This document shows positions 38,777 to 49,547 of a DNA stretch of 64,000 nucleotides, piece by piece (positions within the stretch are counted from its first letter, which is position 1; each line of letters begins with the position of its first letter). The stretch is from Gammaproteobacteria bacterium. GTDB lineage: Bacteria; Pseudomonadota; Gammaproteobacteria; Nitrosococcales; Methylophagaceae. Below the pieces are notes generated by a model that was not told where the DNA came from, ran no database searches, and saw nothing but the letters and a program-made list of their open reading frames with translations. Location: positions 1,705-65,704 of the forward strand of contig JACUUH010000008.1 in assembly GCA_014859375.1 (NCBI GenBank). Direction: 5' to 3'. A program made the translations under genes and the position numbers.

Positions 38777-39829
38777 CTAAACGCTAAATAGTTTGCCCAT
38801 AAAACGGGTTAACTTTTCTGAACGTACTGGAGAGCGCATCACCTTCATGATATGCCCTCTCATCTTTGGCATATAGATCGCATCAGCCAATACTTGGCTA
38901 AAACCAGCATAACCTGCATCATTGTGAGCAAGCTGTTCCAGATAAAGCTTGCAGATATGTTCTTGCTCTAATACACGCCATATTCGGCCGGAAATAGTGG
39001 CCAATATTTCAATATTTTGACTGCATAGATGTTGAAGTACGCGTGTCACCATACGATCAACAAGCCCTTTCGCTGGACTATTTGACGCCGCACGCAGACA
39101 AGCACAGATTCTCGGAATATTAGCTTGTTTTTCTTGTAATTCGGTATCAACAAACTGGCTTAATACTTCAACAATTCCAGTCGCAGGTTCAGCATTTTCC
39201 AGAAAGGTACACAGCATTTGAAAAGGCTGTTCCGGTAATTTTGGAATAGTCTCTATCAATCCTAAGGTTGCTTCATTATCATCTAACCTAACAGCAACAT
39301 CAGCAACACCTTGCATACCTAATGTTGCCCAACCAGACAGGTCATGTTTACCAGTAAAGTAGTTATAGGCCTGTTGATAAAAACGCGAAGGTTTCGCTGC
39401 TAAACTTTTTGTCGCTTTTGCATTAAACGCTGCCATTTTATCTTCACGAGGTGTGAATGTATAAGGACTGTCTTTCAATGCGCCCTCAATATTTTGTCCA
39501 TCAGCCGCAGCTAACATGCATTCACCAACGCGATCGAGCAACATAACTAAAAACTCGTCACGGGCTGCTTGAATTAATAAACCTTGTTCATCCAAAGGAA
39601 ATTTTAAAAACCAGACATACTGCTTTTCGGGTAAGTTTGGATTCCAGAAAATAACACCAAATAATGCCGTTTGCTGGAACGGATAGGGATAAGGTGCTTT
39701 TGCCCATTCAAAGTCAACAAACTCAGCAGGTGATATTTTAACAACGCGTCTGCCCATATCGAAAACACGGTATTTCGCACCACTATGATGAAGGAACTCG
39801 CTTAAGGTTGTTATAGTATTGCTAGTCAT
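38777..39829 (-). CDS. conserved hypothetical protein (possibly DUF3549 family)
   Basis: 350 aa soluble protein, 17 nt downstream of argJ on the same strand. The N-terminus TLSEFLHHSGAKYRVFDMGRR...PYPYPFQQ resembles my recollection of DUF3549. Family assignment not verified. Confidence 0.6.
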   Translation of the reverse strand: MTSNTITTLSEFLHHSGAKYRVFDMGRRVVKISPAEFVDFEWAKAPYPYPFQQTALFGVIFWNPNLPEKQYVWFLKFPLDEQGLLIQAARDEFLVMLLDRVGECMLAAADGQNIEGALKDSPYTFTPREDKMAAFNAKATKSLAAKPSRFYQQAYNYFTGKHDLSGWATLGMQGVADVAVRLDDNEATLGLIETIPKLPEQPFQMLCTFLENAEPATGIVEVLSQFVDTELQEKQANIPRICACLRAASNSPAKGLVDRMVTRVLQHLCSQNIEILATISGRIWRVLEQEHICKLYLEQLAHNDAGYAGFSQVLADAIYMPKMRGHIMKVMRSPVRSEKLTRFMGKLFSV

Positions 39830-39846
39830 AGCTCTACTGCTACTTT

Positions 39847-41073
39847 CTACGTCCGATATTCAGCGTTGATTTTGACATAATCATAGGAAAAATCACATGT
39901 CCAAACTGTATCACTGGCTTGACCGCGTCCTAATGAAACTCTGATTGTAATTTCATCCTGAGCCATCACCTGTTGACCTTGTTGTTCAGTATAAGTTGAA
40001 GCAGGCTGACCACCATCAACAATACAGACATCACCAATATGAATTGCAACTTTATCTAAATCAAAATTGCTAATGCCACTTCGGCCTACTGCGGCCAGAA
40101 TACGCCCCCAATTAGGATCTGATGCAAATAATGCTGTTTTAACTAAGGGTGAATGAGCAATGGTATAGGCCACTTGGCGGCATTCTTCCGAATCGACACC
40201 TTGTTGTACAGTGACTTCAATAAATTTGGTTGCACCTTCGCCATCACGCACAATAGCATGTGCTAATAACTGACTTATTTCTGCAATAGCTGTATATAAC
40301 GTTTGACCATCATCTGAATCTAAGTCAGTAACTGTGGCATTACCTGCCTGGCCTGTTGCCATTATGACAAATGAATCATTGGTTGAAGTATCACCATCAA
40401 CAGTAATGCGGTTAAATGATTGATTAGTTGCTTTAATAATCAATGCGTCAAGTGCAGTTTGTTCAATGGCAGCATCGGTCGCGACATAGGCTAACATCGT
40501 TGCCATATCAGGACGAATCATGCCTGAACCTTTTGCCATACCCGTTACGGTCACAGTCTTGCCATCAAGCTCAAACTGCTTCGACACGCCTTTAGCAATA
40601 GTATCCGTGGTCATAATGGCATGTGCAGCAGCAAACCAATTGTCAGCTAAAAGTGCTTGGTAAGCATTGGGGATCGCTGCTTCAAATTTTTCGAGTACTA
40701 ATTGTTGCCCAATCACACCGGTAGAAAAAGGTAACACCGTATTGGCAGTAACATCTGCTACATCGGCAACATACTGACAACAGGCTTTGGCATTTGCCAT
40801 GCCCTGCTCGCCCGTTCCTGCATTGGCATTACCTGAATTAATCAGCAAATAACGTGGTGATGTTTGACTTTGATGTTGTTTACACACATGTACTGGCGCA
40901 GCACAAAATGCATTTTTAGTGTAAACAGCCGAGGTGGTTGTGCCCTCTGCCATTTCAATTAAAACAATATCAGGACGACCGACTTTTTTAATGCCAGCAC
41001 TGCTAATGCCTAATTTAATTCCAGCTATTGCTAATAACGCCTTTGCTTGCGGCGCAGAAAGATTAACTGGCAT
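39847..41073 (-). CDS. argJ: bifunctional glutamate N-acetyltransferase / amino-acid acetyltransferase
   Basis: 408 aa. Autoproteolytic site ..PDMATMLAYVATDA and a full-length ArgJ pattern. The start overlaps the secA stop by 1 nt (TAATG). Confidence 0.93.
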   Translation of the reverse strand: MPVNLSAPQAKALLAIAGIKLGISSAGIKKVGRPDIVLIEMAEGTTTSAVYTKNAFCAAPVHVCKQHQSQTSPRYLLINSGNANAGTGEQGMANAKACCQYVADVADVTANTVLPFSTGVIGQQLVLEKFEAAIPNAYQALLADNWFAAAHAIMTTDTIAKGVSKQFELDGKTVTVTGMAKGSGMIRPDMATMLAYVATDAAIEQTALDALIIKATNQSFNRITVDGDTSTNDSFVIMATGQAGNATVTDLDSDDGQTLYTAIAEISQLLAHAIVRDGEGATKFIEVTVQQGVDSEECRQVAYTIAHSPLVKTALFASDPNWGRILAAVGRSGISNFDLDKVAIHIGDVCIVDGGQPASTYTEQQGQQVMAQDEITIRVSLGRGQASDTVWTCDFSYDYVKINAEYRT

Positions 41074-43790
41074 TAACTAATCGCCCCATGGCATTGTTTG
41101 AATTTTTTACCTGAGCCGCAAGGACATGGATCATTACGACCCACTTTACGACCATCACGAGTAATTGGTTCTTGGTGTGTCGGCATAGCATCTTGCTCTG
41201 AATCATCGCCCATAGTATCGGCTTGATCATGTTGATATTCAACTTCACCAGATTGACGCCGTTGTTGTTCAACCGCTTCGACATCTTCTTGGGCACGCAC
41301 CTGTACACGAGAAATCAAAGAAATCACATCATGTTTAATGCTGTCAAGCATAGAGGTGAACATATTAAATGCTTCACGTTTAAATTCTTGTTTTGGATCT
41401 TTTTGGGCATAACCACGTAAGTTAATGCCTTGACGTAAATAATCCATTTGAGCTAAATGTTCTTTCCATTGAGCATCAAGTGTTTGCAACATGATAGCTT
41501 TTTCAAAGTGACGCATAATTTCAGCACCAACAAACTGTTCTTTTTCAAGACAGGCTTGCTCGGCCGCTTCCAGAATACGTTGACGTAATGATTGTTCATG
41601 TAACTCGTCATCATTTTCCAACCAATTGGCAATATCCAACTCTAGAGCAAAGTCATCACGTAGTGCTTGTTGTAAACCATCAATATTCCATTGTTCATCA
41701 ATACTATTAGGCGGAATATAGTTATCAATCACATTATTAATGACCGTTTCACGCATAGAAATAACGGTTTCAGATACATCGTCAGCCGCCATAAGCTCAT
41801 TGCGTTGTTCATAGATCACTTTACGTTGATCATTGGCAACATCATCAAATTCTAATAATTGTTTGCGAATATCGAAGTTATGGCCTTCAACTTTACGTTG
41901 TGCATTTTCAATGGCACGTGAAACCCAAGGATGTTCAATCGCTTCACCCTCTTTCATTCCAAGTTTTTGCATCAAGCCAGCCATACGCTCTGAAGCAAAA
42001 ATTCGCATTAAATTATCTTCTAATGATAAATAGAAACGACTTGAACCCGCATCACCCTGACGACCAGAGCGGCCACGTAATTGATTATCGATACGACGTG
42101 ATTCATGACGTTCTGAACCGATAATATGCAATCCCCCTGCGTCTAAAACCTGTTGATGTCGCTGTTGCCACGCATCTTTAATCGCTTGTTTTTCAGCATC
42201 AGTTGCAGATTCACCTAATGCCGCTAATTCAGCTTCTAAGTTACCACCTAAAACAATATCAGTACCACGTCCCGCCATATTTGTAGCAATGGTTACTGCC
42301 GCTGGCTGCCCAGCCTGAGCAATAATATGCGCTTCACGTTCATGTTGTTTTGCATTGAGTACTTCGTGTTTGATTTTTTCTTTTTCGAGTAAGCCATGTA
42401 GATATTCTGAGCTTTCAACCGATGATGTGCCGACTAAAACAGGCTGCTTGCGTTCGATACACTTTTTAATATCATTGACAATTGCATCAAATTTTTCTTT
42501 TTGGGTTAAGTAAATTTGGTCAGCTTCATCTTTTCGCTGCATTGGACGGTGCGTAGGAATAACGATAACTTCGAGCCCATAAATAGACTGTAACTCAAAC
42601 GCTTCTGTATCAGCAGTACCGGTCATGCCCGATAATTTGTTATACAAACGGAAATAATTTTGGAATGTTATTGATGCCAAGGTTTGATTTTCATGTTGAA
42701 TTTCAACACCTTCTTTTGCTTCTACCGCTTGATGTAACCCTTCTGACCAACGGCGACCTGGCATAGTGCGGCCAGTAAACTCATCGACAATAACGATCTG
42801 ATTATCTTGCACTATGTAATCAACATCACGCTGGAATAAAACATGAGCACGTAATGCCGCTGTAACATGATGCATTAAGCCTATATTGGCAGCATCATAT
42901 AAACTTGCATCTGGATCTAACAGACCAATCTCAATTAATAGATTTTCAATTTTTTCATGACCAGCTTCAGTGAAGTGTACTTGCTTGGCTTTTTCATCTA
43001 AGGTGTAATCACCAGCGACTTCTACTTCATCACCTTCACCAATTTGTTGGCTTAACTTAGGGATTAAGACGTTGACGCTTCTATATAAATCAGAACTATT
43101 TTCAGCCTGACCAGAAATAATAAGTGGCGTACGTGCTTCATCGATTAAGATTGAATCGACCTCATCGACTACAGCAAAATTAAGACCTCGCTGTACCTTT
43201 TCTTCAAGACTAAACGCCATATTGTCACGCAGGTAATCAAAGCCAAATTCATTGTTGGTACCGTAGGTAATATCGGCAGCGTAGGCTTGACGACGTTGAT
43301 CTTGTGGCATACCTGAAATAATAACGCCAGTAGATAATCCTAAAAAGCCATAAAGTTGCCCCATCAAGGCGGCATCACGCTGAGCAAGGTAATCATTAAC
43401 AGTAACTAAGTGAACCCCTTCGCCTTCAAGCGCGTTCAAATAAATTGCCAGGGTTGCAACTAACGTTTTACCTTCACCTGTACGCATTTCGGCAATTTTA
43501 CCGTCATTAAGCACCATACCACCGATCAATTGCACATCGAAATGTCGCATTCCAAGTACACGTTTACTTGCTTCTCGTACTACTGCAAAGGCTTCTGGTA
43601 AAATGGCATCGAGCGCTTGCCCATCTGCCAGACGCTGTTTAAATTCGGCTGTTTTAGCTTGTAAAGCAGCATCATCCAATTGTTCAATTTCGGGTTCAAA
43701 ACTAGTTATTTGATCGACAATTTTACGTAACTGTTTAAGCACTCGCTCATTTCGACTGCCAAAGATTTTGCTGAAAAACTTGCTTACCAT
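41073..43790 (-). CDS. secA: preprotein translocase ATPase SecA
   Basis: 905 aa. MRTGEGKTL Walker [20 protein letters not shown] and C-terminal zinc finger [14 protein letters not shown]. Confidence 0.98.
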   Translation of the reverse strand: MVSKFFSKIFGSRNERVLKQLRKIVDQITSFEPEIEQLDDAALQAKTAEFKQRLADGQALDAILPEAFAVVREASKRVLGMRHFDVQLIGGMVLNDGKIAEMRTGEGKTLVATLAIYLNALEGEGVHLVTVNDYLAQRDAALMGQLYGFLGLSTGVIISGMPQDQRRQAYAADITYGTNNEFGFDYLRDNMAFSLEEKVQRGLNFAVVDEVDSILIDEARTPLIISGQAENSSDLYRSVNVLIPKLSQQIGEGDEVEVAGDYTLDEKAKQVHFTEAGHEKIENLLIEIGLLDPDASLYDAANIGLMHHVTAALRAHVLFQRDVDYIVQDNQIVIVDEFTGRTMPGRRWSEGLHQAVEAKEGVEIQHENQTLASITFQNYFRLYNKLSGMTGTADTEAFELQSIYGLEVIVIPTHRPMQRKDEADQIYLTQKEKFDAIVNDIKKCIERKQPVLVGTSSVESSEYLHGLLEKEKIKHEVLNAKQHEREAHIIAQAGQPAAVTIATNMAGRGTDIVLGGNLEAELAALGESATDAEKQAIKDAWQQRHQQVLDAGGLHIIGSERHESRRIDNQLRGRSGRQGDAGSSRFYLSLEDNLMRIFASERMAGLMQKLGMKEGEAIEHPWVSRAIENAQRKVEGHNFDIRKQLLEFDDVANDQRKVIYEQRNELMAADDVSETVISMRETVINNVIDNYIPPNSIDEQWNIDGLQQALRDDFALELDIANWLENDDELHEQSLRQRILEAAEQACLEKEQFVGAEIMRHFEKAIMLQTLDAQWKEHLAQMDYLRQGINLRGYAQKDPKQEFKREAFNMFTSMLDSIKHDVISLISRVQVRAQEDVEAVEQQRRQSGEVEYQHDQADTMGDDSEQDAMPTHQEPITRDGRKVGRNDPCPCGSGKKFKQCHGAIS

Positions 43791-43853
43791 TACTCAATAC
43801 TACCTGTATTTTGACAGTCAATCTGTCTGAAATTATTCGAAAAAAATCGCGTG

Positions 43854-43882
43854 ATTATAACGTGTGTGGCTTATCTGGTCTA
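43854..43882 (-). promoter_or_regulatory. candidate sigma70 promoter for secA
   Basis: On the minus strand: TAGACC-N17-TATAAT, about 65 nt upstream of the secA ATG. Confidence 0.3.
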
Positions 43883-43919
43883 TTTAGACATCTGGCGACA
43901 TCAGAAGATATTGCAAGGC

Positions 43920-44825
43920 TCATCGCTTCACAAAATTGTAGGGATTAACCGATTTTCCATCACGTAGGACTTCAAAATGAACATGAGGTCCCGTAGATCG
44001 CCCAGTTGAGCCCATCAGGGCAATAGCCTGACCTTTTGATACTTTCTCACCCAGATCCGTTATAACTGTTTTATTATGAGCATAACGTGTGACATAACCG
44101 TTGCCATGATCAATTTCTACTAGTTCGCCATAGTCACTACGTCGACCTTTCCAACTGATAATTCCGTCAGCGACAGCATACACTTTACTGCCCTCTTTAC
44201 CAGCAAAATCCAATCCTTTATGAAATACTTTTTTGCCATTAAACGGATCAGTTCGATATCCAAAATAGGATGATATCCAGCCGCTCTTTACTGGCTTACC
44301 ACTGGGTATTGCCGCTTTAATAGTATCATCCGTAAGTAGGTAATTCTGTAAATGACTCAATTGCAAAGATTGTTTACTCAAGGTTTGCTCAAGTGAGCTC
44401 AGGTTAAGCGCAAAATCGTCTTCGCTAAAGGAAATACCTTGCTGATCGATCCCACCTTGACCGGGCTCTTCATCTAGCAAAAATTCACTGGTATCAAATC
44501 CGGATATCATCGCCAATTTTTCTGTAAGCGCCTTCAGACGTATTGTTTCAGCCTGCAAGCCACCTAAACGTTTTGCAAAATAAGCTTGCACTTGATCATT
44601 TTGCTCGGTTGTAGTGTCGGTATTAGCGTTAACTAAATCAGGAATCGCTTGAACACGTGGTAGTGTTATATTGCTATCTGGCGTCTGAAGCGTTAATTTA
44701 TTGATGAATGATGCTGAGGCAAAAACAATACTTAAACAAATGAGAAATACGGTGGCTAATTTAAACGGCGTTAAATGCCAGTGTTTATGGGTCTTCCCAT
44801 TTGGTGAGATAATGATAATCTGCAT
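43920..44825 (-). CDS. M23 family metallopeptidase (murein DD-endopeptidase-like)
   Basis: HKGLDFAG and GPHVHFEV metal-binding motifs, N-terminal TM anchor. ATG 44825 (MQIIIISP..) is preferred because the track start at 44900 would overlap the divergent gene. Confidence 0.85.
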   Translation of the reverse strand: MQIIIISPNGKTHKHWHLTPFKLATVFLICLSIVFASASFINKLTLQTPDSNITLPRVQAIPDLVNANTDTTTEQNDQVQAYFAKRLGGLQAETIRLKALTEKLAMISGFDTSEFLLDEEPGQGGIDQQGISFSEDDFALNLSSLEQTLSKQSLQLSHLQNYLLTDDTIKAAIPSGKPVKSGWISSYFGYRTDPFNGKKVFHKGLDFAGKEGSKVYAVADGIISWKGRRSDYGELVEIDHGNGYVTRYAHNKTVITDLGEKVSKGQAIALMGSTGRSTGPHVHFEVLRDGKSVNPYNFVKR

Positions 44826-44858
44826 GTTTGCCCTTATTATTGGTTCACAACTACCATT

Positions 44859-45296
44859 ATGAAAAATAGACTCAATCATATAAAAAATGTCTATCAACAA
44901 AACGATATGTTGAAAAGCTTATCCCAACATACTCAGCTATTAGCTCAGCTTAATCATGTACTTCAACAATCTTTACCGCCACAATATTCAGCACATTGTC
45001 GCCTTGCAAATATCAAAGACGACATCCTGATTATTCACACAGATAATGCATCATTGGCCAGTATGGTTAGATTTCAAGCACCTATACTTTGTAAAACTCT
45101 ATCAGATCAACTTGATCAATCATTTAGTAAAATCATAGTCAAAGTCAAACCGCATCATATACCACTTAATAACCCTAATACAAATACGCTTTCTATGCCT
45201 GAAAATGCAGCTAAAGCCCTACAACAAACTGCACAGGATCTTGAAGATGGTCCACTCAAAACTGCACTTGAAAAATTAGCTAAACGTCAATCTTAA
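44859..45296 (+). CDS. DUF721 domain protein (DciA-like)
   Basis: 145 aa. [39 protein letters not shown] fits the DUF721 core (L..H.....L..G.L.L....S.WA..LR). Sits between lpxC and secA, where DUF721 genes commonly occur. The start could also be ATG 44907. Confidence 0.6.
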   Translation: MKNRLNHIKNVYQQNDMLKSLSQHTQLLAQLNHVLQQSLPPQYSAHCRLANIKDDILIIHTDNASLASMVRFQAPILCKTLSDQLDQSFSKIIVKVKPHHIPLNNPNTNTLSMPENAAKALQQTAQDLEDGPLKTALEKLAKRQS

Positions 45297-46210
45297 GATA
45301 CTATCGAAGCAGCAGGCCGACTAAACACAATCGGCGCATCTTTTTCATCTTCAAACGTGACCAATTCCCACGCATCTTCTTGAGCTAGTAACTTGCGTAA
45401 TAATTTGTTATTAACCTCATGGCCAGATTTATGGCCACTAAATGATCCAATCAAACTATAGCCAAGTAAATACAGATCACCAATAGCATCTAATACTTTG
45501 TGGCGTACAAACTCATCTTCATAACGAAGACCATCTTCGTTAAGTACTCGGTAATCGTCAACGACAATGGCATTGTCAATACTTCCGCCAAGGGCAAGAT
45601 TGTTTTCTCTTAACTTTTCGATATCTTTCATAAAACCAAATGTACGCGCTCGACTCACTTCACGTACAAATGATGTTGATGAAAAATCAACTTCTACCTG
45701 CTGGGGACGGCCAGTAAAAGCGGGATGTTGAAAATCAATAGTAAAACTCACCTTAAACCCATCAAACTGTTCAAACTTAGCCCATTTATCACCATCTTCT
45801 AAAATGACGGGCTGTTTAATTCGAATAAATTTTTTGGCGGCAGCTTGTTCTTCAATACCAGCTGATTGAACTAAAAATACAAACGGCCCTGCACTTCCAT
45901 CCATAATTGGAACTTCAGCTGCATTTAGATCGATATAGGCATTATCGATACCTAAACCTGCAAATGCTGACAATAAATGCTCAACTGTCGACACTTTGTG
46001 ACCATGTTCGATCAATGTAGTTGAAAGTGCTGTTTCACCAACATTTTCAGCTTTGGCATGAATTTCAACAGCAGGATCTAAATCAACCCGTCGAAATACA
46101 ATGCCCGTATCAGGGGCAGCAGGCCGCAAGGTCAAATAGACCGTATCACCACTATGCAACCCAACACCGGTCGCACGAATCACATTTTTCAATGTTCGTT
46201 GCTTAATCAC
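45293..46210 (-). CDS. lpxC: UDP-3-O-acyl-N-acetylglucosamine deacetylase
   Basis: (V)[20 protein letters not shown] matches the LpxC N-terminus, and [10 protein letters not shown] is present. GTG 46210 (SD GGGGA upstream) is preferred over the track ATG at 46225. Confidence 0.95.
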   Translation of the reverse strand: MIKQRTLKNVIRATGVGLHSGDTVYLTLRPAAPDTGIVFRRVDLDPAVEIHAKAENVGETALSTTLIEHGHKVSTVEHLLSAFAGLGIDNAYIDLNAAEVPIMDGSAGPFVFLVQSAGIEEQAAAKKFIRIKQPVILEDGDKWAKFEQFDGFKVSFTIDFQHPAFTGRPQQVEVDFSSTSFVREVSRARTFGFMKDIEKLRENNLALGGSIDNAIVVDDYRVLNEDGLRYEDEFVRHKVLDAIGDLYLLGYSLIGSFSGHKSGHEVNNKLLRKLLAQEDAWELVTFEDEKDAPIVFSRPAASIVS

Positions 46211-46294
46211 GGCGCAATCCCCCATGTTCGTTTAAATTGATCGAAGCATAATATCACATGCTAGCTCACATCAGCCATATACAATCACAGATCA

Positions 46295-47452
46295 TTAGTC
46301 AGCCTGACGGCGTAAAAATGCGGGCACATCAAGATATTCCATATTTACATCACTATTCGCAACCTGCTTATTTTGAGCTAAACCTTTCTGGCGAATTATG
46401 GTTGGTTCATCATAGTTAATATCAACTGGTTTTTTGACAATCTCAATCTGACTTGCAATTACTTCAGGAGTTACAACCACTTTTGCAACATGTGGCGAAC
46501 CTAAACCTGTTGCTACTACCGTCACCCGTAATTCATCCGTCATTTCAGGGTCAATGACTGTTCCAACAACAACGGTTGCATCTTCAGAAGCAAAGTCTTT
46601 AACGATATTACCAACAGCTTCAAATTCACTAATAGTCATATCCAAACCAGCAGTAATATTAACCAAGACGCCACGCGCACCCGCCAAATCAACATCTTCT
46701 AACAATGGGCTTGAAACAGCATGCTGTGCAGCTTCAACAGCACGATTTTCACCTGTCGCGCGTCCAGTACCCATCATTGCCATACCCATTTCTGACATCA
46801 CTGTTCTGACGTCAGCAAAGTCAACGTTAATCATACCTTCACGTGTGATTAATTCAGCAATACCTTGTACAGCGCCAAGTAAAACATCATTAGCTGCTTT
46901 AAATGCATTCAGCAAACTCATCTCTTTGCCTAATACTGCAAGCAATTTCTCATTTGGAATGGTGATTAATGAATCAACATGCTGACTTAATTCAGCCAAA
47001 CCAGCATTTGCAACTTTCAGACGTTTGCTACCTTCAAATGGGAAAGGTTTAGTTACAACTGCAACGGTTAAAATTCCCATTTCTTTAGCAACCTGAGCCA
47101 CAACAGGTGCAGCCCCTGTACCTGTGCCACCGCCCATGCCAGCAGCGATAAATATCATATCGGCGCCTTTAATGACTTCCATGATTCGTTCACGATCTTC
47201 TAGTGCAGCCTGACGACCAATATCAGGGTTAGCTCCTGCTCCCAAACCTTTAGTAATATCAGTACCTAATTGTAAGTGAGTCGTTGCAGCGCTTTTGCGT
47301 AATGCCTGGGCATCAGTATTAGCACAAATAAAATCTACGCCTTCAATTTGATTGAGTACCATATGTTCCAAAGCATTACCGCCGCCACCGCCAACACCTA
47401 TTACTTTGATGACCGCATTTTGTGTATATGTGTCGATAAGTTCAAATGTCAT
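46295..47452 (-). CDS. ftsZ: cell division GTPase FtsZ
   Basis: 385 aa. GVGGGGGNA, GGGTGTGAAP and a conserved C-terminal peptide DVPAFLRRQAD. Confidence 0.98.
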   Translation of the reverse strand: MTFELIDTYTQNAVIKVIGVGGGGGNALEHMVLNQIEGVDFICANTDAQALRKSAATTHLQLGTDITKGLGAGANPDIGRQAALEDRERIMEVIKGADMIFIAAGMGGGTGTGAAPVVAQVAKEMGILTVAVVTKPFPFEGSKRLKVANAGLAELSQHVDSLITIPNEKLLAVLGKEMSLLNAFKAANDVLLGAVQGIAELITREGMINVDFADVRTVMSEMGMAMMGTGRATGENRAVEAAQHAVSSPLLEDVDLAGARGVLVNITAGLDMTISEFEAVGNIVKDFASEDATVVVGTVIDPEMTDELRVTVVATGLGSPHVAKVVVTPEVIASQIEIVKKPVDINYDEPTIIRQKGLAQNKQVANSDVNMEYLDVPAFLRRQAD

Positions 47453-47505
47453 TTTTTCTCTCCCCAGAGTTACTACTATTTAATCCAAATTTAGTTTGTT
47501 ATTGT

Positions 47506-48756
47506 TTAAAAATTACCTTGAAACCAGCTTTTCATCGTTGCCAGCATAGATTTCATACCACTGCCTTTTTTTACTTCAGACTGCCCGAGTGATTCTTCTT
47601 CGTAACCAAACAACAACAATCCAACACCTGTTGCATGAATGGGATTGCGTACAACCTCTACTAATCCAGCTACATGTTGTGGCAGGCCTAGCCGAACGGG
47701 TAAATGAAATACTTCTTCCGCCAGTTCAATCACACCTTCCATTTTTGAGCTACCACCTGTTAGCACCACACCAGCCGCTAACAGCTCTTCAAATCCACTT
47801 CGTCTTAATTCTGCTTGCACTAACATCAATAGTTCTTCATAGCGCGGCTCAACCACTTCGGCTAATGTCTGTCTCGCTAATTGACGTGGTGGTCTATCAC
47901 CCACGCTGGGTACCTCAATCGTTTCATCTTCACGTGCGAGTTGAGTTAACGCACAGGCATATTTCATTTTGATTTCTTCGGCATATTGCGTCGGCGTTCT
48001 TAATGCAACCGCAATATCATTGGTGACCTGATCGCCAGCAATAGGAATGACTGCGGTATGACGAATAGCACCATCGATAAACACTGCTATGTCAGTTGTG
48101 CCACCACCGATATCAACTAAACACACGCCTAATTCTTTTTCATCATGTTCTAATACTGAATAGCTTGATGCCATTTGTTCCAGAATGATGCCGTCAACTG
48201 ATAAGCCACAACGCTCTATACATTTACTAATGTTTTGAGCCGCACTAACCGCACCGGTAATAAGGTGGACTTTTGCTTCCAAACGCACGCCTGACATACC
48301 AATGGGCTCACGAATACCTTCTTGATTATCAATGATGTATTCCTGTGGCATCACATGCAGTAATTGTTGATCACCAGGAAAATGCACCGCTTTTGCAGCA
48401 TCTAATACGCGATCAATATCACCTTGTGTTACTTCTTTATCTCGTATGGCAACAGTGCCGTGTGAGTTCAAGCTACGAATATGACTCCCTGCAATCCCGG
48501 CATAAACTGAATGGATTTGACAACCGGCCATCAACTCAGCTTCTTCTACCGCCCGTTGAATTGATTGCACAGTCGACTCGATATTAACGACAACGCCTTT
48601 TTTCATACCTCGTGCAGGATGTGAACCTATACCAATAATCTCCAACTTCGGCTCACTCGGACCTGGATTAGGTATCGGTGCTGCCACAATTGCAACGACT
48701 TTAGATGTGCCAATATCGAGTCCGACGATTAAATCTTTATCACTTTTTTTTGTCAT
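47506..48756 (-). CDS. ftsA: cell division protein FtsA
   Basis: Actin-like ATPase with LIVGLDIGTSKV and DIGGGTTD. Alternative starts are GTG 48765 and ATG 48762. ATG 48756 best matches the E. coli N-terminal length. Confidence 0.95.
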   Translation of the reverse strand: MTKKSDKDLIVGLDIGTSKVVAIVAAPIPNPGPSEPKLEIIGIGSHPARGMKKGVVVNIESTVQSIQRAVEEAELMAGCQIHSVYAGIAGSHIRSLNSHGTVAIRDKEVTQGDIDRVLDAAKAVHFPGDQQLLHVMPQEYIIDNQEGIREPIGMSGVRLEAKVHLITGAVSAAQNISKCIERCGLSVDGIILEQMASSYSVLEHDEKELGVCLVDIGGGTTDIAVFIDGAIRHTAVIPIAGDQVTNDIAVALRTPTQYAEEIKMKYACALTQLAREDETIEVPSVGDRPPRQLARQTLAEVVEPRYEELLMLVQAELRRSGFEELLAAGVVLTGGSSKMEGVIELAEEVFHLPVRLGLPQHVAGLVEVVRNPIHATGVGLLLFGYEEESLGQSEVKKGSGMKSMLATMKSWFQGNF

Positions 48757-48761
48757 AACCA

Positions 48762-49547
48762 TCACACTGTTCCATTAAAATCAGGTTTTTTATTGGGTTT
48801 CCACTTTACTGCCAAGCCATTGGTATAACGCATGTCCATGGTTTGTATGTGTTGTTGAAAATCTTTTAATCCATGTTCAAAAACACGGATGAATCGCTCA
48901 AAACGTTTTTGACTATTCTCATGTCCTAACTGAACACTAATGCCATTGGTAAAACTAAGAGACCATGCTCTTCTTTCATTCATTTCTAAACGTTCAATTG
49001 TTAAATCTTGCTTGCTTAGCATTGCTTGCATTTGCTGATATCGCTGTGTCACCATTAGATGATTTTGTTCTGGACCACTCAACACCGCCAGACCGGAAGG
49101 AAAGCTGTCTGCTGGAGGGAAAAACAATGAACCATCACGGCTAATTAATCCGGCATCACCCCATTGTGCTAGAGCCTCATGTTCCTCAACTATAAAATGT
49201 AAGCTATCAGGCCAAACGCGTCTGATCTGCAGCTGTTTAACCCATGGTAGTGATTCAGCCGCATGTCTAAGACTAGCCACATCGACACTCATGAAACTGC
49301 CTCGGGCATAAGGGCTTACTGCAGCGACAAACTCATCACGATTGACATGATTAAACTCACCTTCAACTGTCACATGCAAAATGGGAAAAGTATCGTCTTG
49401 AACCAGATAAAAAGCACCAGTCAGAGATGCCAGCACAAACACAACGGCAATCGTGTGTTTGATAAAATGTTGCCACACAATCGGTTGACGTTGTTTACGC
49501 ACTGGCTTACGGCTGGCACCACGTTTTGTTGTATTGTTGAAGATCAT
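48762..49547 (-). CDS. ftsQ: cell division protein FtsQ
   Basis: 261 aa. N-terminal TM anchor plus a POTRA-like region. Lies between ddl and ftsA. Confidence 0.88.
   Translation of the reverse strand: MIFNNTTKRGASRKPVRKQRQPIVWQHFIKHTIAVVFVLASLTGAFYLVQDDTFPILHVTVEGEFNHVNRDEFVAAVSPYARGSFMSVDVASLRHAAESLPWVKQLQIRRVWPDSLHFIVEEHEALAQWGDAGLISRDGSLFFPPADSFPSGLAVLSGPEQNHLMVTQRYQQMQAMLSKQDLTIERLEMNERRAWSLSFTNGISVQLGHENSQKRFERFIRVFEHGLKDFQQHIQTMDMRYTNGLAVKWKPNKKPDFNGTV

Noticed and set aside
41063-41420. Small ORFs 41063..41308 (-) and 41223..41420 (+) at the secA 3' end.
   Set aside because: They are alternative-frame or antisense shadows of secA, without motifs.
43791-43919. Looked for a secM-like arrest-peptide ORF upstream of secA.
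   Set aside because: There is no ORF with an SD and no FxxxxWIxxxxGIRAGP-like arrest motif in the 129-bp leader. Only a plausible promoter and a 5-bp palindrome (TTGACTGTCAA) are present.
44826-44900. Twenty-five-codon extension of the M23 peptidase.
   Set aside because: It would overlap the divergent DUF721 gene start (44859). The hydrophobic anchor follows the internal Met at 44825.
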